Part shown: one piece after another, positions 46,345 through 51,219 of the stretch | Layout: each line of letters begins with the position of its first letter | Numbering within the stretch: the first letter of the stretch is position 1 | Virus record (IMG/VR): IMGVR_UViG_3300019871_000003 | Location: 1 to 51,219 of that record | Reading direction: 5' to 3' (one strand) | Source: a virus | Lineage: Duplodnaviria > Caudoviricetes | DNA: 51,219 nt | Made by a program: the position numbers and the translations under genes | Notes under the pieces: model-generated | Seen by the model: only the letters and a program-made list of their open reading frames with translations | What the model was told of the DNA's origin: nothing | Database searches by the model: none

Positions 46345-47112
46345 TTAAGTTCTTTTATCCAGCCATCCTTCGATCAGCCAGATGTTGTTTATTTTAGATT
46401 TTGGGATAGTAAAATCATCATAGTTCTCATTTTCGCTTTTTAATAGAAAATGTTTATCGTCTTTATCTTTCCTGATGTACTTCAAGTATCGCCTGCCATC
46501 TGTACAGGTAATACCATATATCTGCCCGTATTCTAAATGGCTACGCCAGTCATTTATCTTTATGCCAAATAGAATATTTCCGGATCTGATCTTTGATTCC
46601 ATGCTATCCGAATAGGCCCTGAAAGCAGTGCACCCATAAAACTCAGGCACGTCCATATAGTATTCAGGATATATAGTTGCATCTTCATAATACATCTCAG
46701 CAGCCCCCGCCATAAAATCAGCATTGTAAAAAGGAATTAAGGCGTCAGATTTGCGTTTGTTTACATGGTGATTAGTAATAATTCCATCGGGCGTAATGAT
46801 ATCGCTGATTGCGGGTTTTAAGTAATCCTTACCCGGTGCTGATACTTGATTTTTACTTGAATTAGTTCTATCAATATTATCGACTACATGGGTATTAGTT
46901 TCCCCGATTGGGGAATTTGATTTTCTATTTTCCACTTGTAAAATATTGGCATATGATTTGAATAGTTTCTCTCTGAAATCCCGATCCAATACATCTTTTC
47001 TAAAATGATACCCAAGGTTCTGCCTAGTCATATTCAAGGTTTTAGCCACCTCGTTTATTTCTATACCAGCCCCCTTTAGTTGATTCTTAAGCTTTTCGCC
47101 CTCTTTTTGCAT
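46345..47112 (-). CDS. cI: CI-like repressor (HTH + S24 autopeptidase)
   Basis: N-terminal HTH; MAG cleavage-site-like sequence; DSME serine and YLKYI lysine motifs. Confidence 0.85.
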   Translation of the reverse strand: MQKEGEKLKNQLKGAGIEINEVAKTLNMTRQNLGYHFRKDVLDRDFREKLFKSYANILQVENRKSNSPIGETNTHVVDNIDRTNSSKNQVSAPGKDYLKPAISDIITPDGIITNHHVNKRKSDALIPFYNADFMAGAAEMYYEDATIYPEYYMDVPEFYGCTAFRAYSDSMESKIRSGNILFGIKINDWRSHLEYGQIYGITCTDGRRYLKYIRKDKDDKHFLLKSENENYDDFTIPKSKINNIWLIEGWLDKRT

Positions 47113-47133
47113 GTAAAATGGATGTGGAAAACT

Positions 47134-47190
47134 TTTTTACAAATTATTTTACTTTTTATTTTGCATTTGTAAAATAAGATGTTACATTTG
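47134..47190 (+). promoter_or_regulatory. Lysis/lysogeny switch: rightward promoter and operator-like inverted repeat
   Basis: TTTG (47160-63), 19-nt spacer, TACATTTG (47183-90); TTTTACAAAT / ATTTGTAAAA inverted repeat. Confidence 0.7.
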
Positions 47191-47229
47191 TACTATACTA
47201 TAATCAAATATACTAAAACAATATATACA

Positions 47230-47436
47230 ATGTCAACAATAGAAATGCCAAAGACCTATAAAGAGGAACTCGAAGAACTCGGGGTAGGGGAAAGTATTGC
47301 GATTGAAAAAGACAAAAGACAGACTTGGTCTAATGCTATTTATACCGCTCAGGGTAAAACAAACAAGCAGTTTTGCATAAGAACAATCAGGGCTACAGGA
47401 GAAATAAGGGTTTGGAGGCTCGCTGATGCAGAGTAG
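47230..47436 (+). CDS. Small DNA-binding protein in the cro position
   Basis: Divergent from cI; L.VGESI...F..RT...IRVWR; start MSTIEM. Confidence 0.65.
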   Translation: MSTIEMPKTYKEELEELGVGESIAIEKDKRQTWSNAIYTAQGKTNKQFCIRTIRATGEIRVWRLADAE

Positions 47437-47774
47437 TGTTAAGCGAGAAACTATGAATTCGCTTATGCAGGAAAATGTTAATCTGATCTTATGGGTTACT
47501 CAACTGCAAACCGAAAATGACAAACTAAAGGCCGAAAATGAATTATTGATCAGCCTGATAAAAATAGAAGACATATAAAAATGCATATCGCTCATTCAAA
47601 TATCGAAAAGCCGGAAGTAAAAGCTAAAAAGCGGGTGCCTCTTTATAAAGATCAGGCGGTTTTAAATAGCATGTTAAAGGCGTTCACATTAGAAATGAAC
47701 GAGAAAATAAGAAAATCAAAAATCAAATAAACAAAAAAGGCTACGGCTGGACCCGTAACCCATTAAACTAAAAT

Positions 47775-48065
47775 ATGATGGAAGCAAATTTAACACAATC
47801 AATTAACAAAAGCAAACTGACCTTAAAGAAAGGTGATGCTTGCTTAACCAGAAGTTACCTGGAGCTTTTTTATAAAGGCTTCAAGCACTTCTACAAAATG
47901 AATATGGGTGAGAACTTCATTGTATTCATTATACCATCGCCAGCAACAGTAAACGGAGCGGTTGAAGCGGCACAAAAAAGAATAGCCGAAAATGGATACC
48001 CATTGCAGGTTGTCAGAGTTGGTCATTATCTGACCTCTAATACATTTATCGTAAAAGCAGCATAA
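47775..48065 (+). CDS. Hypothetical protein
   Basis: 96-aa ORF. Confidence 0.55.
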   Translation: MMEANLTQSINKSKLTLKKGDACLTRSYLELFYKGFKHFYKMNMGENFIVFIIPSPATVNGAVEAAQKRIAENGYPLQVVRVGHYLTSNTFIVKAA

Positions 48066-48067
48066 CC

Positions 48068-48241
48068 ATGAAAAACGTAATAATGTTCTTCGCTATAGTT
48101 GCCGCCTGTACGGTGGTAATTATACTTCAACAAAAGGGTTATTTCAATAGTGCAGTTGCTGAGATAATAACGCTTGCAATATTTATCGGCGGTGCTACAA
48201 TTGTGGCTAAGCGTTTCGAGAAAGGCAGGAAAGACGCATGA
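48068..48241 (+). CDS. Small two-TM protein (57 aa)
   Basis: MKNVIMFFAIVAACTVVIILQQKG...IITLAIFIGGATIVAKRFEKGRKDA; ATGA overlap with the next gene. Confidence 0.5.
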   Translation: MKNVIMFFAIVAACTVVIILQQKGYFNSAVAEIITLAIFIGGATIVAKRFEKGRKDA

Positions 48242-48468
48242 GAACTCCACTATGTCAATCACCTGAACAGGCACTTGCTGGCTTAAAAAAGTTTCAAGCA
48301 GAATTACAAGCCCTTCAAACAAAGTATTTCTTTACTGAAATGCACTCGGCAGACGAAGATTTTAAAACAGGCGTAATGCAGCCACTTTATGAGGCCGAAA
48401 AGGCTTCAATGGCGCTACTGGACAGATTGGTATTAGTTACTACAGAAAGCAGAGGTGTACAATGCTAA
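48238..48468 (+). CDS. Hypothetical protein
   Basis: 76-aa ORF in a coupled chain. Confidence 0.55.
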   Translation: MRTPLCQSPEQALAGLKKFQAELQALQTKYFFTEMHSADEDFKTGVMQPLYEAEKASMALLDRLVLVTTESRGVQC

Positions 48469-48746
48469 GCACCAACGAAATCGCCATTGTCTGGAAAACA
48501 GCTTTTAACGAATACCAGAACAATGAAGACGACCCACGTAAAATTCATGATGTGGTGATAGATTTTACTTCAGAGGTTTTAAAATCCGAAGTCAATCCGC
48601 TGATCACAGCATTAAAGAATAACTGCAGGTTGTTTGTGGTGCAGCTTAACGATCCGCTGATTCCTAAAGATCATAAAAATTATATCCGTGAATGCCTGGA
48701 TAAAACACAGGCTTTAATAAAGGGAACGGAGGCGGTTAAATGCTAA
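48462..48746 (+). CDS. Hypothetical protein
   Basis: 94-aa ORF in a coupled chain. Confidence 0.55.
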   Translation: MLSTNEIAIVWKTAFNEYQNNEDDPRKIHDVVIDFTSEVLKSEVNPLITALKNNCRLFVVQLNDPLIPKDHKNYIRECLDKTQALIKGTEAVKC

Positions 48747-48982
48747 ATCAGGGCAACATAGTTGTGGTCTGGTATCCTGAACACGGATTACGTACCCGCA
48801 ACTGTCAGACAACAGTATATCCACCGAAATATGTAAAACGTCCATCAGTTGATGCCGAAACACAGGTTAAAAATTACAATAAGTGGTCTATGTATATCAG
48901 GCGCGAAGTAGTTCTGATGGCCGGTGATGGTAACAGCCAGGTAGATGAAGCAAAACGCATCCTGGAAAAACAAATTAAATAA
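48740..48982 (+). CDS. Hypothetical protein
   Basis: 80-aa ORF in a coupled chain. Confidence 0.55.
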   Translation: MLNQGNIVVVWYPEHGLRTRNCQTTVYPPKYVKRPSVDAETQVKNYNKWSMYIRREVVLMAGDGNSQVDEAKRILEKQIK

Positions 48983-49002
48983 CCTAATCAAACTTAAATA
49001 CA

Positions 49003-49593
49003 ATGGAAAAATCTCAATCTATTACAAATATCGCCAAAGCACTGATCAAGTTTCAGGGCAATGTCGATAAAATTAAGAAGGATAGTAATAATCCTTTCTT
49101 TAAATCAAAATACGCGAGCCTTTCAACTATACAGGACGAAATACAACTGCCGCTTGCTGAAAGTGGGTTAATATATACACAGCACCCTGAAAGTAATGAT
49201 AGCTTAACTACGCTACTTATTCACGGTGAAAGCGGGGAGTTCTTTCAATCGACTTATGATATGCACCCCTCTAAATCAGATCCGCAATCTTTAGGCTCAG
49301 CCATTACTTATGCCAAGCGTTATGCATTGGTTGCAATACTGGGGTTAAATATTGACGATGATGATGACGGTAACCATGCAAGCGGTAAATCCGAAAGCAA
49401 GCCAGAAGCTAAGAACGAAGCTCAGGCAGATACCCGCGAATGGCTTAATCCAAAAACTGATAACTGGACAAAGGCTATTGAATTTTTACAAAGTGAAGGC
49501 GGTTCACTGGCTAAGATCGAAAAGAAGTACAAACTATCTAAAGTAAATAAAGAACTATTAATTGAACAAGCGCAGGAGGCTTTAACAGCATGA
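49003..49593 (+). CDS. erf: ERF-family single-strand annealing protein
   Basis: NPFFKSKYASL, LIHGESGEF, PQSLGSAITYAKRYAL, DDDGN. Confidence 0.92.
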   Translation: MEKSQSITNIAKALIKFQGNVDKIKKDSNNPFFKSKYASLSTIQDEIQLPLAESGLIYTQHPESNDSLTTLLIHGESGEFFQSTYDMHPSKSDPQSLGSAITYAKRYALVAILGLNIDDDDDGNHASGKSESKPEAKNEAQADTREWLNPKTDNWTKAIEFLQSEGGSLAKIEKKYKLSKVNKELLIEQAQEALTA

Positions 49594-50108
49594 GTAAATA
49601 TTTAGCAATGGATATGGCTGAACAAGAAACAGCCAGCCACGAAACAGGTTTAAGCCTGGAGCTACAGGACTGGAAAGGCTTAAATAAAGCCTCTATAAAA
49701 GAAAAGGTTGATGCAGTAGTAACAACCATTCAGGAAGGCTGGGTTGATCCTGTAGAGGCTTTAATCTTCGCCAAAAAAGGAGTTGAATTATTTGGCTCAC
49801 TTGAAAAGAATGTACGCGAACTGGCTGAGGCCAAAGGCGTAGGCAAAGCAGGACTAGAGCAATTCAATGTCAAAGTAAGCGAGGCTATGACCGGTGTAAA
49901 ATTTGATTACTCAGGATGTGGTGATTTAACGCTGGACACTTTAACTAAGCAAGCTTCAGAACTTGACGCGCAAATCAAGTCGCGCCAAAAGTTTTTGCAA
50001 ACGGTAACGAGTAAGCAGATCACAGGCGATAGTAACACGGGTGAAGCATGGGAGGTTGTTGCACCTATCAAGTCTGGTAAATTAGGTTTAAAGTGTGAGG
50101 TACAATAA
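49590..50108 (+). CDS. Hypothetical recombination-module protein
   Basis: 172 aa coupled to erf; G.KFDYS.C.D motif. Confidence 0.65.
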   Translation: MSKYLAMDMAEQETASHETGLSLELQDWKGLNKASIKEKVDAVVTTIQEGWVDPVEALIFAKKGVELFGSLEKNVRELAEAKGVGKAGLEQFNVKVSEAMTGVKFDYSGCGDLTLDTLTKQASELDAQIKSRQKFLQTVTSKQITGDSNTGEAWEVVAPIKSGKLGLKCEVQ

Positions 50109-50110
50109 CC

Positions 50111-50491
50111 ATGGATAGCACACAAGAAAACTTAATAGCCATCTGTGATCAAATCGGCAATGCCCTGGCCCTGCCGATAGACCAAAGTAACCCGGCTGAG
50201 ATACTTGGGAAGTTAAACGACCTTACTAACCTGTTATCAACTTCAAGCCATGCAGTGGCCCTATCTCAGCAGATATACGCTAATAAGATAATGACCTTGA
50301 CAGAAGATAGTCAGTATTTAAAACTATCGGCTACGGACAAGAAAAACATCTTTGCGGGCCGGGCTAAACAAGAGGGCTATTATGTTGACTTGTGCGAAAG
50401 GCAATCAAGATCCATTTCTCACGCTATAGACGCTTTAAGGTCAATGCTGAGTTATTTAAAATCTGAAATGCAATATCTACCAACTAATTAA
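50111..50491 (+). CDS. Helical hypothetical protein
   Basis: 126 aa; IDALRSMLSYLKSEM C-terminus. Confidence 0.6.
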   Translation: MDSTQENLIAICDQIGNALALPIDQSNPAEILGKLNDLTNLLSTSSHAVALSQQIYANKIMTLTEDSQYLKLSATDKKNIFAGRAKQEGYYVDLCERQSRSISHAIDALRSMLSYLKSEMQYLPTN

Positions 50492-50529
50492 TGCGTGGTA
50501 AGATTCCAGGCTTATTATAAAGCATAATC

Positions 50530-50655
50530 ATGGAAAATCAGAAAGCGAAAGTTTTAACAAAATGCCCGGTCTGTGATGGCGAATTGAAAATATTAGCCGA
50601 TAACTGGCTGAAATGCAAGTCTTGTAAATCTAAATACAAGTTAGGCGCTAAATAA
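50530..50655 (+). CDS. Small zinc-ribbon protein (41 aa)
   Basis: MENQKAKVLTKCPVCDGELKILADNWLKCKSCKSKYKLGAK. Confidence 0.5.
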   Translation: MENQKAKVLTKCPVCDGELKILADNWLKCKSCKSKYKLGAK

Positions 50656-50687
50656 AGCATAACCATAAACCAATTAAACACAATAAA

Positions 50688-51219
50688 ATGTCCAAGAAAA
50701 AACCTCAGCCTGAACAACAGGAAGTAATACATGGCTTTAAGGGCTATGATAAAGATTTAAAATGCAGGGATCATCAATACGAAACAGGGAAAGATTATGA
50801 ACTAGATGGAGATATAAAAGCCTGTGAACGCGGATTTCATTTTTGTGAGCATCCTTTAGATGTGTTCAGTTACTATCCGCCTTCAGGTAATAGATTCACA
50901 ACAGTTCAAGGATCGGGAAAAATTTCTAAACATGACTACGATACAAAAGTTGCTTGCTCAAAAATTCATATAGGCGCAGAAATTACTCTTGAAAGCTTGA
51001 CAAAAGCTGCCGTTAAGTTTGTTTTCGACCGTGCTAAATGGTCAAAAGAGCCACAATTTTATGTTACTGGCGACAATGAAGCTGCAACGGCATCCGGTTA
51101 TCAAGGCGCTGCAACGGCATCCGGTAACAGAGGCGCTGCAACGGCATCCGGTTATCAAGGCGCTGCAACGGCATCCGGTTATCAAGGCGCTGCAACGGCA
51201 TCCGGTAACAGAGGCGCTG
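50688..51219 (+). CDS. 5' part of the DUF7666-like repeat protein (runs off the end and rejoins at nt 2)
   Basis: MSKKK...GFKGYDKDLKCRDHQYETGKDYE...CERGFHFCEHPLDVFSYY...RF; then ATASGYQGA repeats. Confidence 0.85.
   Translation, partial: MSKKKPQPEQQEVIHGFKGYDKDLKCRDHQYETGKDYELDGDIKACERGFHFCEHPLDVFSYYPPSGNRFTTVQGSGKISKHDYDTKVACSKIHIGAEITLESLTKAAVKFVFDRAKWSKEPQFYVTGDNEAATASGYQGAATASGNRGAATASGYQGAATASGYQGAATASGNRGA
51084..51219 (+). repeat. 27-bp tandem repeat, 5 units, in phase with the array at 2-433
   Basis: Same unit; the last TG matches nt 1-2. Confidence 0.95.

Larger units (their letters stand above)
1..51219. mobile_element. Near-complete temperate siphovirus-like phage genome, excised/circular form
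   Basis: All modules present, no host genes, intact attP, ends join in frame. Confidence 0.9.

Noticed and set aside
1-51219. Alternative genetic code or stop-codon reassignment
   Set aside because: Core genes are intact under the standard code, and TAA, TAG and TGA all end genes normally

Overview
This window is an apparently complete, circularly permuted ~51.2 kb temperate tailed phage genome. The host is probably Bacteroidota, likely Sphingobacteriaceae; this is inferred from TAnnTTTG promoters, A-rich starts without SD sequences, signal peptides with Gln at +1 and MBG/Ig domains. The contig is broken inside a 27-bp tandem repeat whose gene runs across both ends. Gene order: early/replication and accessory region (~0.7-17.8 kb; two amino-MTases, a dual-frame C5 MTase, HNH genes, an initiator with iterons, many small ORFs); packaging and head (18.2-27.2 kb); tail (27.2-40.7 kb); lysis (40.7-43.2 kb); radC; tyrosine integrase with an attP matching a tmRNA 3' end; a cI/cro switch; and an ERF recombination module. 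The most striking observation is in the virion operon. The gene coupled directly behind the major capsid gene and both fibre/adhesin-like genes encode Sec signal peptides (A-x-A/Q) and are rich in Bacteroidota O-glycosylation sequons D-(S/T)-x. This suggests virion appendages that are exported, modified by the host and possibly assembled at or after lysis. Also notable are a 16-bp palindrome in front of each late module, an overlapping two-frame C5 MTase, and a switch-like structured leader before radC. All product calls come from motif reading only; no database searches were run.
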